From contig CAXXVL010000001.1 of assembly GCA_963667845.2 (NCBI GenBank), positions 192,001 through 256,000 on the forward strand: DNA of 64,000 bases, in the 5' to 3' direction. Shown here piece by piece: positions 41,680 through 51,127 of the stretch. A program made the translations under genes and the position numbers. How positions within the stretch are numbered: the first letter of the stretch is position 1; each line of letters opens with the position of its first letter. A model generated the notes under the pieces. The model did no database searches and was not told the DNA's origin. It saw nothing but the letters and a program-made list of their open reading frames with translations. This DNA is from Smithellaceae bacterium. Its GTDB lineage: Bacteria; Desulfobacterota; Syntrophia; Syntrophales; Smithellaceae.

Positions 41680-43254
41680 TCATTGATTACACCCGGCTCC
41701 TGAATTTCGCTTTGACCTGAAACTATGCAACTTGAGGCCCAGCCATCCTAAAGCGAGAATAGACACTACGGTCAAACCATAGAGGAAGGCATCCCCCCAG
41801 CGTTCGTAAGGCGAGCGCTCCACGGGAATAAAGAGCGTATGGGCGGTTGCGGCCTTTTGAAAAAGCGGCGTCTGCGAACCCGGAACGATTTCACCTGTGG
41901 GCTCAATAAAAACGCCTATGCCGGAGTTTGCAACGCGGACCATGGGAATCCGGAATTCGACCGAACGGAAGAGTGCCAGAGACAGATGAGTCACCGAAGC
42001 CGGGGTTTTGCCAAACCAGGCATCATCCACCATGTTGACGAGCACATTGCCTCCTCGTTCAACGAACCGGCGGGTATGCTGTGAGAAAATGGCCTCGTAG
42101 CATAAAGACGGGATGAGCTTTTTTGCCGGGCCGAAATCGTACACCACCACCCCCCGGTTTCCGGGAATAAAGGGCATGACGCCCGGAAAGATTTTCCGGA
42201 GAACAGGCAGTTGCCGCTCGAGGGGAAGATACTCGCCAAAAGGCACCAGGATGAGCTTCCGATATTCCTCCCCGATGTTGCCGCGCCGGTCAACAAGGAT
42301 GGTGCTGTTGTAATAAGCTTCCCCTCTATCGCCGATCATGGACGTACAGGGGAGGAGGAAGGATTTGCCGGTCTGGTTTGCCAGAAGCGGCAGGTCGCGG
42401 CCGGCCTGGGTCCGGCAGTGGTAGGCCAGAGGGATTTCGGGCCAGACCACCAGATCCGCCTCCGGGTGCCGGAGGACCGCCTCGCGGCTCATCGATAAAG
42501 CGGTCCGGACGTCATTGTCCCGGTCACCTGCGGGAACCGCCGGGTCGTTCAAAGTGACCGGCACATTCGGCTGAACGGCAATGATGGTGATTTGCCGCCC
42601 TGCATCTGCCGCTTTCATTTGCTGATGCAGCGTCTGAAGACGATACCCGCCGTAGCCGGCGAGAAGCGCGAAGACGACAGCGATGGAAACCAGGGCAGGC
42701 ACGGGAGATCCCTGAGAGCCCCGCGCCGTCAGCGCCCGGACAATCTGGAAATTGACCAGATAAATCAAAAACAGCAGCAGGGGAGCGCCCCCCAGATCAA
42801 GGACCTGGATGAGCAGCGGCCAGACATAAAGGTTATGGGCTTCGCTGCCGGGGAAGACATGGGGATACCAGGTCCGGATGACTGTCAGCGCCGCCGCCGC
42901 CAGCCAGACACCGGGCTGGCTTGTGAGGAGGCGGAATTTCCCGGCCAGATATCCGAACAGGGCATAGGGCAGGGCATGCAGCGCGCAAAACGCGATCGTC
43001 CAGCCCCAGGCCTGCCAGGGCGGCAGCCCGACCATGCCGATCAATTGAACCTTGAGCCACCAGACGGCGACAAGCCAGAAGCAGAATCCGTAAACCAGGC
43101 CGCCTGCAAACCCCCGGGCGGGAGAAGTGCCCCAAAGCGATAATCCCAGGGGAACCAGACATACCCATACAGCCAGGGGAAAAGAAAAAGCCTGAGAGCT
43201 CAGTCCATAAAGGATTGCCGATAAGATAGGCAAAAGGAAAACACGTGTCATCAT
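41680..43254 (-). CDS. Apolipoprotein N-acyltransferase-like protein (Lnt/AatD-like)
   Basis: Multiple TMs; VQPN, VVWPE (Glu), YYNS, YRK..LVPFGEY.P (Lys), LCYEA (Cys), DAWFG, R.VE.R.P..R.ANSG. Confidence 0.9.
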   Translation of the reverse strand: MMTRVFLLPILSAILYGLSSQAFSFPLAVWVCLVPLGLSLWGTSPARGFAGGLVYGFCFWLVAVWWLKVQLIGMVGLPPWQAWGWTIAFCALHALPYALFGYLAGKFRLLTSQPGVWLAAAALTVIRTWYPHVFPGSEAHNLYVWPLLIQVLDLGGAPLLLFLIYLVNFQIVRALTARGSQGSPVPALVSIAVVFALLAGYGGYRLQTLHQQMKAADAGRQITIIAVQPNVPVTLNDPAVPAGDRDNDVRTALSMSREAVLRHPEADLVVWPEIPLAYHCRTQAGRDLPLLANQTGKSFLLPCTSMIGDRGEAYYNSTILVDRRGNIGEEYRKLILVPFGEYLPLERQLPVLRKIFPGVMPFIPGNRGVVVYDFGPAKKLIPSLCYEAIFSQHTRRFVERGGNVLVNMVDDAWFGKTPASVTHLSLALFRSVEFRIPMVRVANSGIGVFIEPTGEIVPGSQTPLFQKAATAHTLFIPVERSPYERWGDAFLYGLTVVSILALGWLGLKLHSFRSKRNSGAGCNQ

Positions 43255-43415
43255 GTCAACCGAAAAAAGAAGTGCGACAGCGCAGGGCATTGTGGTCAGC
43301 CTGGAAAAACAGCTTCCGCATTGAGACGGCCCTGCCGTTGTCGGGAATGGTCATTCCGAGTTGTGGCGCGTCTCCTTCGATGCAGCCCTGAATGCCTGAG
43401 GCATTCGGAGCGAGT

Positions 43416-43778
43416 CTATTCCTTGAGGAATATTTTGTTTTTCACGTCAATGACAAAGGTGGCGCTTTCGCAGTCGAGGGTCCTCGAGGTGATGTCCGTT
43501 ACATAGTCCACGGCGGTCCAGCATTGTCCGGCGAGCCGGTTCGGGCAGCCTTTGGATCCGAAGGTTTTAGTATCTCCCTTTTCGACGGTGTCCTGCAAGA
43601 AGGACGGGTCGGCGTTGGTGAAGTGGACCAAAACCGTGCATCGGTAATCCGGGGATTTCACCTTGATTTTATATTTGGCGCCCCCGCCCGCCTGAACCGT
43701 GTCTGCTGAAAACGAAAGCAGCAGGAATGATACCGACAATGCCATCATGACCATCATAATCAAGTTTGTCTTTTTCAT
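43416..43778 (-). CDS. Small exported protein, predicted mature N-terminus GGG (CexE/dispersin-like cargo candidate)
   Basis: GAGGAGG RBS; MKKT, hydrophobic core, TVQA|GGGAKY; 4 Cys in 90-aa mature part. Confidence 0.75.
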   Translation of the reverse strand: MKKTNLIMMVMMALSVSFLLLSFSADTVQAGGGAKYKIKVKSPDYRCTVLVHFTNADPSFLQDTVEKGDTKTFGSKGCPNRLAGQCWTAVDYVTDITSRTLDCESATFVIDVKNKIFLKE

Positions 43779-43870
43779 TTTCTGAATTCCTCCTCGCTTT
43801 TTCTAATATCCGATTTGCCCTGATCATCCGCCATTTTCTCGGGTCATTTTTGGGCAATTGATTTTTTGCC

Positions 43871-44290
43871 TTACTTACCGTCGATCAGCGGGCCGCTCCA
43901 AAGCAGTGCTCCGTTATCGTTATAAACCACGCCGGATGGCGCGTACATGGATCCTTGTATTCTGACCCAGCCGTGTGCGGTCACCTTGGCTCCGAAATGT
44001 TTGTAATGCGCACCGGATTGATAGACGGTGTTGGGGATCCGCACGGTGATCTGCGTTTCACCGCGGCAGCCCGAGTTATCGCCGGGGCAGCAGGCTTTGC
44101 CGTGAGGCGACATCGACGTATTCAGGCAGCGCATGCAAAACTCGCCGGCCACTTCACTGATGTATTGCTCCGTGTCGTTGTAAACGCAATAGGCAAGGGC
44201 ATCTGCGGCGCCCCAGACGAAAAGGGCGGTTGAAAACAAAGTGCCCATCACGAAATTCGTGACAACCCCTGATCTGTTCAATGTGCCCAT
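43871..44290 (-). CDS. Small exported Cys-rich protein
   Basis: GAGGGG RBS; signal peptide ending DALA|YCVYN; 6 Cys in mature part. Confidence 0.75.
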   Translation of the reverse strand: MGTLNRSGVVTNFVMGTLFSTALFVWGAADALAYCVYNDTEQYISEVAGEFCMRCLNTSMSPHGKACCPGDNSGCRGETQITVRIPNTVYQSGAHYKHFGAKVTAHGWVRIQGSMYAPSGVVYNDNGALLWSGPLIDGK

Positions 44291-44401
44291 TTCCAAACCC
44301 CCCTCTATGATATTTTCTAAATACAGACCATCTGTCTCTTTGCCGTGTTGTCTTTATCAACTTATCCGGGGGGCCCTTCATGGGTCGCTCCCGTAAATGG
44401 T

Positions 44402-45580
44402 TTATGACCGTAAGGCCTTGATGGGGTCGAGGCGCGCCGCCGTGCGGGCCGGGTAGAAGCCGCAGAAGATGCCGACCAGCGTAGATACGCCGAACCCCAG
44501 GATGATCGACGAATAGGACATTACGAACTGCCATTTGGACAGATAGGCGAACAAAAAGGCGATGCCGGTTCCCAAAACGATGCCGATGACGCCTCCCACC
44601 AGGCAGAGGATCACCGATTCGATGAGAAACTGGCTCTGGATATCGCCCCGCTGGGCGCCGAGGGCTCGCCGGAGGCCGATCTCGCTTTTGCGTTCGGTCA
44701 CGGAAATGAGCATCACGTTCATGACGCCGATGCCGCCGACGATGAGCGCGATGCTGCCGATGGCGCCCAGGAGCAGCGAGAACATCTGCATCTGCTTCTT
44801 CATCCGCTCGATCAATTCCTCCGCCGAGGTGATGTCCACCATAGTGCCCCGCGCCTTTTTCTGGAAATAGTCCTGAATTTCGGCTTTGAGCTCCGCCACG
44901 GTCACATTGGGGGCTACTCTGGCGAGGATCGTGTTGATATCCGGATTTTGAAAGGACCGGACGGCTGTGGACAGAGGGACCAGCATCGCCCGGTTCATGC
45001 CGTAAGGTTTCAGACCTCCATCGGCCGAAGGAGCCAGAATGCCGATGATGGTGTAAGCGCGGTCTGTCGCCGTGATCCGGCTGCCGATCAAGGGTGAAAC
45101 CCCGCTCTGCTTCAGGAAGTCGGCCAGCTCCCTGCCGATGACGCAGCAATAGCGGCTCTGGTCAAGATCGGAAAGGACTCTTCCCTCGGCGACATTAAGT
45201 TTGTTCAATGAAAAAAAGGAAGCGGTCACGCCCATCTGCTCAATGTTGATCTTCGCCCGGCCGCGGTAGAATTCGGATCCGGAATTGATGTAGGGGGCGA
45301 CCTCCAGAATATGGCTTTTTTCGTCGGGGAGTTTCATCGCGACGTCCTGATTGAATGTCGCGTTCATGCCGGCGCTGAAGCTTTTCCGGATGGCCACGAT
45401 GTCGACGCCCATATCCTTGAATTGGCGGATGGACTCCTGCTGAACGATCGTGCCGATGGATACCATGGCGATGACCGATCCGATGCCGATGACAATGCCG
45501 ATCAGCGCCAGAAGGCTGCGTTGTCTTGCTCCCCAGAGGCTTCGGAGCGCTTCATTAAAATTGATTCGCAGCAAGTTCAT
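44402..45580 (-). CDS. MacB/FtsX-type ABC permease
   Basis: RS.LAL.GI.IGI.SVI, large periplasmic loop, VGGIGVMN.ML.SVTER..EIGLRRALGA, YPA..AA.LDPI.ALR. Confidence 0.95.
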   Translation of the reverse strand: MNLLRINFNEALRSLWGARQRSLLALIGIVIGIGSVIAMVSIGTIVQQESIRQFKDMGVDIVAIRKSFSAGMNATFNQDVAMKLPDEKSHILEVAPYINSGSEFYRGRAKINIEQMGVTASFFSLNKLNVAEGRVLSDLDQSRYCCVIGRELADFLKQSGVSPLIGSRITATDRAYTIIGILAPSADGGLKPYGMNRAMLVPLSTAVRSFQNPDINTILARVAPNVTVAELKAEIQDYFQKKARGTMVDITSAEELIERMKKQMQMFSLLLGAIGSIALIVGGIGVMNVMLISVTERKSEIGLRRALGAQRGDIQSQFLIESVILCLVGGVIGIVLGTGIAFLFAYLSKWQFVMSYSSIILGFGVSTLVGIFCGFYPARTAARLDPIKALRS

Positions 45581-45584
45581 GTCT

Positions 45585-46256
45585 TTAGATCATCCCGTCG
45601 CTGATTTTTACCGCCCGTCCGCATTGTTCCGCAAGGGCCGGATTGTGGGTGATAATGATAATGGTGATTCCTTCGTCCCGGTTGAGACGCTGGAAGAGTT
45701 CCATGATTTCTTCACCGGTCCGCTGATCCAGGGCGCCTGTCGGTTCATCGGCCAGGATGAGCGACGGTGATCCGACCAGGGCCCGGGCGATGGCGACGCG
45801 CTGCTGCTGGCCGCCGGACATCTCATTGGGGCGATGACCGGCGCGGTGTTGAATGTCCACCCTGGTTAAATAGTCGATGCTTCTTTTCCGGATTTCATCA
45901 AGATTCATGCCGCGATAGGTCAGGGGGACGCCCACATTTTCCAGGGCCGTCAGTTTGGGCAGCAGGTGATACTGCTGAAAGACAAACCCGATCTTCCGGT
46001 TTCTGAGCTTCGACAGAGCCCGGTCGTCATCATAGGTCACGCGCGTGCCGTCGATGACGTAGGTGCCGCTGTCGGGCTTTTCCAAAAGCCCCATCATGTG
46101 CATCAGCGTGGATTTTCCGCAGCCCGACGGTCCGACAATGGCCAGCAATTCGCCCCTCTCTACGGAAAGATTGACGCCCTTGAGAACGTTCACCTCCGTG
46201 GGGCCGACGCGATAGGACTTGCGTATGTCCGTGATCTCCAGCATCAGGGGGGGCAT
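45585..46256 (-). CDS. ABC ATPase (LolD/MacB-type)
   Basis: [42 protein letters not shown]. Confidence 0.95.
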   Translation of the reverse strand: MPPLMLEITDIRKSYRVGPTEVNVLKGVNLSVERGELLAIVGPSGCGKSTLMHMMGLLEKPDSGTYVIDGTRVTYDDDRALSKLRNRKIGFVFQQYHLLPKLTALENVGVPLTYRGMNLDEIRKRSIDYLTRVDIQHRAGHRPNEMSGGQQQRVAIARALVGSPSLILADEPTGALDQRTGEEIMELFQRLNRDEGITIIIITHNPALAEQCGRAVKISDGMI

Positions 46257-48016
46257 CAGTAAACCACCTCGTCTCCGGCTTTAAGTCCGGTTGTGATCTC
46301 GACGGCGTCCAGGGTGGTTACCCCGGTTTCCACTTTCACTTTTTTCTGAGCACGCGTTTGGGGGTCCTGCACATTGACAAAACGGTCCCGTCCGGAAAGC
46401 GAAACGGCCGCGATCGGAAGCATCAGCGCGTCCGGCTTATTGACCAGCATGATTTCCATATTGGCCGACATGCCCAGGCGCAGTTTATCTTTCAAGGCCG
46501 CAGGCAGGGTGTCGATGGCGACGGAGACCTCGAAACTGGCGGTCTTCCTGCCCTCGGTGCTTTTGACGGCCTGAGAGGAGATATGAGTGACCCGTCCCGC
46601 AAGGACATCGCCGAAGGCGTCAACCGTGATTTTGACCGCCTGGTCTTTTTTTATTTTGAGCACTTCCAGTTCATCGACGCTCGCCGTCATGGAAAGCCCC
46701 TCGGTGTTGCCGATGGAAAGCAGAATATCACCCTGGGTGAAGGTGACGCCCCGTTCGGCGACTTTTCCTTTCTGGTCCTTTTCTCCCGCCAGATCGGGAA
46801 GTAACACCGTGCCCGAAACCGGTGCGAGGATATCGGAATGACGAAGCTGGGTTTCCAGATCCTGCAGCTTCTGGCGGGCATTTTGCAATTTGAGCTCCGC
46901 AATGTGCCGGTTTTGGCCCAAACCCCTTTCCCGGATGACCTGCTGTTCCCGGAGGGATGCCTCGTAATCCATTTTAGCGGTAGTGTATTGCTGCTTCGCG
47001 CTGGCATATTCCGTCGCCGGAACAATTTCCTTCTTGAACAGGCGTTCCGTTTCCTGAAGGGTTTTCTGGTAGCCGTCCAGGGCCAATTTTGAGCGCGTAA
47101 CGCTCTGCGTCGCTTTGGCCATCTCATTGCCGTTTTGCCAGGTATCCAGCTCTTTTACTTTTTCCAGCGCTTCGATATAGGCCGTTTTCGCTTCCCGGTA
47201 TTTGACTTCGGTTTCACTCCGGTCCAGTTTAAGCAGGGTTTGCCCTTTTTCCACGGACTGTCCGTATTCGAATAATTTTTCTTTGACCATGCCGCCGAAC
47301 GGGCTGGTAATGTTTACGACCTGGATGGGTTTCAAGACTCCCTTGAGCGCAATGCTGTCCGTGAGGGGTCGGGGGGCGACCCGATAGGTTCTGACCGCTT
47401 CATCCGATTTTCCGCGGCCCGCGGACTTGTCCGAGGAGGGGCCGGTTTGTTTCCAGGTGAAAATTCCGATCGATAAAAAGAGAATGATGACAAAAACGGT
47501 GGCGACGATGCGGATGATCTGAACCTTGCGCAGGGCCGCCTGGAGACTGTTGTTGGTTTCTTCCATCTCCAGGTAGGATTTCTGGAGTTCGCCGTGCTTC
47601 GCTTTCAGCTCCTCGGCGAGCCGCTGTTCCGATTCCTGAAGCCGTTCCACTTCCGTCTTGTCCGTAAAGACGACGACCACCGCAACATTTTTCTTTTCGC
47701 CGTGCTCCTTCGTCGACAGAAACGAAGTCGTCACTTCCAGGCTGAGAACCTTTTCACCCTTGTACCAGGGGACGATTTTATTATGGGTCGTATCCGCGTC
47801 ATAAATCGCGTTGAGAATCGTCTGATTGAAGGGATCGTTTTCCTCGCGAACCAGAAAAATCTCTCCAAAGGGTTTTTCCAGAACGTCTCGCTGATTCAAT
47901 CCGAGAATTTCCTGGGCCGCCGCATTGATCGTCAGAATCCTGCCGTCGAGGCCGATCGTCATGACGCCGTCGCCCATGCTTTCGAGAATATTTCGGAATA
48001 CGATGTCAGATGCCAT
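46256..48016 (-). CDS. PAS domain / coiled coil / TM / MacA-type periplasmic adaptor fusion
   Basis: N-terminal ILESM.DGV.TI..DGRI..IN.AA..ILG..VFTD.TE (PAS); one TM; lipoyl halves SPFGG.V..GQ.V.KGQ.L and I.AP.SGTV; LR.GMSA; GL..GD.VV. Confidence 0.9.
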   Translation of the reverse strand: MASDIVFRNILESMGDGVMTIGLDGRILTINAAAQEILGLNQRDVLEKPFGEIFLVREENDPFNQTILNAIYDADTTHNKIVPWYKGEKVLSLEVTTSFLSTKEHGEKKNVAVVVVFTDKTEVERLQESEQRLAEELKAKHGELQKSYLEMEETNNSLQAALRKVQIIRIVATVFVIILFLSIGIFTWKQTGPSSDKSAGRGKSDEAVRTYRVAPRPLTDSIALKGVLKPIQVVNITSPFGGMVKEKLFEYGQSVEKGQTLLKLDRSETEVKYREAKTAYIEALEKVKELDTWQNGNEMAKATQSVTRSKLALDGYQKTLQETERLFKKEIVPATEYASAKQQYTTAKMDYEASLREQQVIRERGLGQNRHIAELKLQNARQKLQDLETQLRHSDILAPVSGTVLLPDLAGEKDQKGKVAERGVTFTQGDILLSIGNTEGLSMTASVDELEVLKIKKDQAVKITVDAFGDVLAGRVTHISSQAVKSTEGRKTASFEVSVAIDTLPAALKDKLRLGMSANMEIMLVNKPDALMLPIAAVSLSGRDRFVNVQDPQTRAQKKVKVETGVTTLDAVEITTGLKAGDEVVY

Positions 48017-48025
48017 TTTCTACTC

Positions 48026-49672
48026 TCACGGTTTTGATGGACTGGTTGCGTTTTTTACCGGGGTCTGCTTAATCCGGTCATCTTCTTTGCCGACGTCGAT
48101 CCGCCAGGTTGTCAGGGTCGTCCCCAGGGTGTCGTCGAGGTTGGTGAGCGAATTCAAATAAGTTGTTGTGGCCGTCAATTCATTGAGCTGCGCAGTTTGA
48201 AAATCCCTCTGAAAACTGACGAACTGGAAGTTTGTCGTCCGGCCGGCGCTTAGTTTTTCCTGCTCGATCTGCAGCTTCTTTTCGGCCAGTTCCCGCGCCA
48301 GCTTCGCGCTTTTCAGCGATCTGTAGCTGGAATCGACGTTGCGCACGGCGTTTTGCACGCTGATTTCAATATCGAGCTTCAGTTTGTCGAAAGCCAGATT
48401 CGCTTTTTCCAGGTCGTTTTTTGCTCCATAGTAGGACCGCATGTCCGCCGTCATATAGACCAGGGGGATCTTCAGCGACAATCCGGCAAACCAGTCTCTC
48501 TCGGCCGCACTGTTAAACGCCCGCCGCAAAGCTGCGTCATACGTATCAAAGGTTGCGGCCGAATAACCGTCTGATGTCGCCGCTGTCAGATCAAGGCTCC
48601 AGAGCCGGTTGCGCTTTGCCTTGGACAGAGTCAATTTATAAGTTTCCAGGTTCTTCAGCGCCCGGAGGTAGTCCGTCCGGTATTGAAAGGCGAGCTCCAA
48701 AGCCTCGTCCCGCGAAGGGGCGGAAACAGCCTGCTGATTCTCATCTGCCGCGTCGAAGACGATATTCTTATCGATGTTCAGCGCCTGGATCAAAGTGAGG
48801 CGGGCGTTGTCCAGGTTGTTTTTGGCGTCGATGACGGATGTTTCCTGGGTGGCGATATCAGCCTGTGCCTGGACGATTTCCGTGCCGGCCAGACGTCCGG
48901 CCTCGATCATGTCCTTATTGTAATCATACAGCGCCCTGGCCCGGACCAGGCCCATTTCGGCGATGACCAGTTGCCTTTCTGCGGTTTTGTAGCTCCGGAA
49001 AGCCGTAATGGCCGTTTTGATGGTTGACGCAATGGTATCTCTCAGAGACAGAATATTCGTTTCTTCCGTGATCCGGGCGATTCTGACGTTATAGGCGGCG
49101 TTGGTGAGCCCGCTCCCTTTGAGCAACGGCTGGGTGAAGACAGCGCTCCAGCCTGAAGAGTAGGCGAAACTCTGGCCCAGATCCGGCCGATCGGCACTGT
49201 TGTTCCAAAGAAAGGTTAATGAGCCGCCGGTGGGTATGGCCAGTGTAGCGGAAAAATCGCCGGTGAAATTCAGGTCCTCTGTTCTTGTCGCGTCGGGGAC
49301 GGAATAATAAGACAGACGATTGGCTCCCAGGGTCACCATGGGGTCGGTCGGAAGATAGTTCTTCCTCTCCGCCACCTGCAGATCGATCCTTTGCAGATGC
49401 CTGTCAAGATAGGCGCTGCGCAAGGTTACATTGTTGGTGAGCGCAATAAATACCGCGTCCGCCACCGTCAGTTTTTGGGCCTGAGGGTCGCGGTTTTTAA
49501 GGGGGGTATCACAAAGGCCGGGCGCAGCAAAGAAAATGAGGGAAGCGGCGATCAGCAAAAAGAGGGCTGCGGGCAGGCTGCTTTTCCCGGCACAGACGGC
49601 GAATCCGGATTTCGTTGATTTCGAGAGGCATGGGGATTGCGGGAAAAATATCAAACGGATCATCTTCTTCAC
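48026..49672 (-). CDS. TolC-family outer membrane channel
   Basis: LT..DA...AL.NN, FTQPLLKG, GL.L.IP, E.EK..AGR.T; start approximate. Confidence 0.9.
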   Translation of the reverse strand: MKKMIRLIFFPQSPCLSKSTKSGFAVCAGKSSLPAALFLLIAASLIFFAAPGLCDTPLKNRDPQAQKLTVADAVFIALTNNVTLRSAYLDRHLQRIDLQVAERKNYLPTDPMVTLGANRLSYYSVPDATRTEDLNFTGDFSATLAIPTGGSLTFLWNNSADRPDLGQSFAYSSGWSAVFTQPLLKGSGLTNAAYNVRIARITEETNILSLRDTIASTIKTAITAFRSYKTAERQLVIAEMGLVRARALYDYNKDMIEAGRLAGTEIVQAQADIATQETSVIDAKNNLDNARLTLIQALNIDKNIVFDAADENQQAVSAPSRDEALELAFQYRTDYLRALKNLETYKLTLSKAKRNRLWSLDLTAATSDGYSAATFDTYDAALRRAFNSAAERDWFAGLSLKIPLVYMTADMRSYYGAKNDLEKANLAFDKLKLDIEISVQNAVRNVDSSYRSLKSAKLARELAEKKLQIEQEKLSAGRTTNFQFVSFQRDFQTAQLNELTATTTYLNSLTNLDDTLGTTLTTWRIDVGKEDDRIKQTPVKNATSPSKP

Positions 49673-49951
49673 TTAGGCGAATGCGACGGTTATTCAGATT
49701 TCTTTGAGATCCACAGCCCTTACTTTCTACTTTACCGGTGCGCCGGTTGTCAATCGGATTTATGGAAAGAAAACGAACGGCTGCTGCCGCAGGAATGAGG
49801 AGACTCCTGCAAAGCGACGATGCCGGCTGCTCACGAGATGAACTCCGCGGGCCATAAGAAATCAAGAGGGCCTTATCCGTGCTGCGTGAACACGATTGTT
49901 ACGAGGCGTTCACGGGCAGCTCACGCGGCTCTTAATAAATCAGCGCCAAAA

Positions 49952-51127
49952 TCAGCGGACAATTTCGAGAATAACTTTGATCTCTTCTTTGGAAAGAAGG
50001 GCGGGGCTGTTCTTGCTTGAGGCTTGCTCGATGGCTTTTTTCATGTGGGCTGCGGTCATGCCGAAGTAAGAAAGCTGGGGAAGCCTTAAGGCCTGCGTCC
50101 ATTTATGAAGAACATCAAGGAATTGCCGGCAATAAAAAACGTCATCATGGACGGCATCTCCTGCGAACACCCTGCCGATATCAGCAAAGCGTTTGCGGGC
50201 GGTCATGTCTTCTTCATCGATCACTTTCTTCACAACAAAAGACATGACCGGAAAAAGGAGCTTCCCGCAGGCGACGCCGTGAGGGACCGGAATGAGCCCG
50301 CCCAGAGGGCCGGCTATGCCGTGGACGGCGCCAAGCCCGGCGCGGCCCAGCGCAATCCCGGAAATGAGCGCCGCATGAGACATCCCGGTGCGCAGGGCAA
50401 TGTCATTGCTTTTGCCGAGGGCCAGCGGCAGGAAACTCGAAAACGCCACGGAAAGAGCCTTCAGGGTGAGCGGATCAAGAGAAGCGTCCACCCTGGCTGA
50501 CGTGTGGGATTCAATCAATTGCGAGAAGGCATCGAGGCCGCAGGCGATGGTAATATGCCGGGGAGACGAGGGCGTAAGTTCGGGGTCGATAATGGCGACG
50601 TCCGGCATGTAGGCGTCATGGCGCAGCGATTTCTTATACCCTTCCGTCCGGTCGCACACGACGGCATTCTTTGTCGCTTCACTGCCCGTGCCGGCGGTTG
50701 TGGGAACGGCAATGAAGGGGACTTTTGTGCCGGCTGGCTTTTTGTTTCCGACATCTTCCAGGTAATCCTTTACGGAACCCGTCTCGGTGAGCATGGCGGA
50801 GACGGCTTTGCCGCAGTCGATGGCGCTCCCCCCGCCGACAGCGACGACTACACTCAGCGCTGCCCCGCGAAATTCACCGGCAATGCCATCGATTAATTGT
50901 GCTGTCGGTTCGCCGGGGACGGACACAACCGAGTAGTTGATCCAGGCCTGATCAAGCCCGCTTACCAGAGCATCAAGCCGGCCGGATTTTGTAAGCGATT
51001 CGCCGCCGGTGACGATGAGTGCGCGGGAGCCAAAGGATTGGATGATTTGCACAAGCCCGGAAAACGATCCGGCGCCGAAAATGATTCTGGGCAGGCCCCG
51101 GATATCGGGAGCACCTATTGCTTCCAT
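49952..51127 (-). CDS. Iron-containing alcohol dehydrogenase
   Basis: GGGSAID.GK, VPTTAGTGSEAT.NAV, DA..Q..E, GLGAVHG, PHG. Confidence 0.9.
   Translation of the reverse strand: MEAIGAPDIRGLPRIIFGAGSFSGLVQIIQSFGSRALIVTGGESLTKSGRLDALVSGLDQAWINYSVVSVPGEPTAQLIDGIAGEFRGAALSVVVAVGGGSAIDCGKAVSAMLTETGSVKDYLEDVGNKKPAGTKVPFIAVPTTAGTGSEATKNAVVCDRTEGYKKSLRHDAYMPDVAIIDPELTPSSPRHITIACGLDAFSQLIESHTSARVDASLDPLTLKALSVAFSSFLPLALGKSNDIALRTGMSHAALISGIALGRAGLGAVHGIAGPLGGLIPVPHGVACGKLLFPVMSFVVKKVIDEEDMTARKRFADIGRVFAGDAVHDDVFYCRQFLDVLHKWTQALRLPQLSYFGMTAAHMKKAIEQASSKNSPALLSKEEIKVILEIVR

Noticed and set aside
43871..44290. Classical lipoprotein substrate for the Lnt-like enzyme
   Set aside because: LAYC has Tyr at -1, which violates the lipobox; SPase I cleavage after ALA is more plausible.
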